Shown one piece after another: positions 62,998 to 64,000 of a DNA stretch of 64,000 nt. Numbering within the stretch: the first letter of the stretch is position 1; every line of letters begins with the position of its first letter. This DNA is from Heterodontus francisci. Lineage: Eukaryota. Location: contig NC_090372.1 in the NCBI RefSeq assembly GCF_036365525.1, forward strand, positions 94,341,815 through 94,405,814, written 5' to 3'. The notes under the pieces are model-generated. The model had not been told where the DNA came from. It ran no database searches and saw only the letters and a list, made by a program, of their open reading frames with translations. Both the position numbers and the translations under genes were made by a program.

Positions 62998-63280
62998 TGT
63001 AGTGTTTAATAGATCAGAATTTGATGATTTTGATCTGTTTGCTGTGTTTGTTTGCTTAAGCTAGAGAGAGCAGAAGCTTCCAGCAGACAGACAGTTTGAA
63101 TCGTCTCTCACAGCCACAGGCTGCTGTCAAGACATGTGCCGAAATCTGTAAGGCCTTTATAGTTAATGCTAATGTGCTTTAAATAAACCAGTTGGTTATT
63201 TAACACAGTGTGACATCTGCAGTGCTCAGAGTTAAATCGGATATTGGAAGTAAACCCATTAACCCAGCGTAAACATAACA
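62998..63280 (+). repeat. 3' LTR of the Gypsy element, 283 bp
   Basis: TGTAGTG...CATAACA after the PPT; AATAAA at about 63182; first 140 bp homologous to 58177-58331. Confidence 0.9.
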
Positions 63281-64000
63281 GTGGCCGATCCCAGTTCATC
63301 CCACCCAGGCAGCCTGCTGTCAGTTGCAGACAGTGACCAATCACAAAGAGGCATCTGCCATCTGTCAGATGCAGGTCCCACCTCCTGCTGACATAAACTT
63401 TAATAGCTTGCCTATCAATCAAAGCCGAGCCACTGGCAGCCCGCTGTCAGTCACAGAGGACTCGCAGGCCAGATGGAAACCACGGACTTCAACATTTTTT
63501 ACCACGGACATATTGCCAACCTCTGATAACATGATCCCTTTGATATCATCGTCCTGCAGAATCTTGACTTTTGTGACAGGAACTACTGGAAATCACCAGT
63601 TTGCAGAAACCGGTCATGATTTCTATTAACAGATTTCACTGAATGGGCATTTTGAAGTTGTATGCAAAATGATACAAATAAAACATAAAATGAATTCAGA
63701 TTCAGTTATAATATATAGTGGCTCTTAGTCTTCTTACTTTGCATTGCAACTGCAAAATAATTCCCTTATTATGCATATTACACTGGAGCACATGACTACC
63801 ATTCTGTAGCTATCATGTCGAAGTACTTAACTAATAAAAATGAATAGATTGCTTTCAATTTGCCCTTATGAGCTCCTAAGAATCAAAGGCTTTTTTAAAT
63901 CTGAATGTACAGATTGACAAAAGTTAGCACATACTTGACATTAATTTCAGGGATCCAAGTAATGGTTAGACACAATTTGAACCCATGGCTTATGATATTG

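Larger units (their letters stand above)
58177..63280 (+). mobile_element. Rearranged Gypsy/Ty3 LTR retrotransposon
   Basis: Partial 5' LTR 58177-58331; inverted RT/RNaseH 58322-59145 (TTDAS..IGAVL..PIAYASRLL..ERKYST.EWEALA); RNaseH end FGRKFTLHTDH at 59150+; integrase HKGHPGVVKMK, TDNGPQF, YNPQSNG; C-terminus LRSNRRPKRPSYLKHY near 62835; PPT aaaggggggaaaa. Confidence 0.92.

Noticed and set aside
1-64000. Prokaryotic systems (CRISPR arrays, operons, retrons, defence islands)
   Set aside because: The DNA is vertebrate and repeat-rich; no regularly spaced repeat-spacer array or gene-dense operon was seen, and all RTs are LINE or LTR type.
1-64000. Ig/TCR segments suggested by the octamer and scattered CACAGTG heptamers
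   Set aside because: No V/J/C-like translation was seen; the heptamers inspected lie in transposons without a properly spaced nonamer. The check was by eye and not exhaustive.

Overview
Eukaryotic, not prokaryotic: repeat-dense intergenic or intronic DNA of a cartilaginous fish. HE1-type V-SINEs, DeuSINEs and abundant CR1 LINEs point to a shark; the species cannot be fixed from sequence alone. No host protein-coding exon was recognised, and almost all long ORFs are decayed transposon genes or their antisense shadows. The window holds CR1, L2, RTE and Tx1 LINEs, several tRNA-derived SINE families, Gypsy solo LTRs, one rearranged Gypsy element, Penelope remnants, Harbinger/PIF Myb genes and MITEs. 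Most notable: (i) a nearly full-length CR1 carrying a four-level nested insertion stack; (ii) minimal hammerhead-ribozyme motifs in Penelope repeats, one split by a Tx1 insertion in its stem II loop; (iii) a tRNA-Lys pseudogene fused directly to a CR1 3' tail, resembling a proto-SINE; (iv) a spliced three-exon Harbinger Myb/SANT gene; (v) a Gypsy element with an internal inversion breaking inside RNase H; (vi) a CpG-rich mobile cassette with CTCF/YY1/CRE/CCAAT motifs; (vii) an octamer/AP-1/ETS/GATA/E-box cluster in unique DNA. Family names come from motif recognition by eye, and boundaries are approximate unless a junction is quoted. No clearly novel functional system can be proven from the sequence alone.
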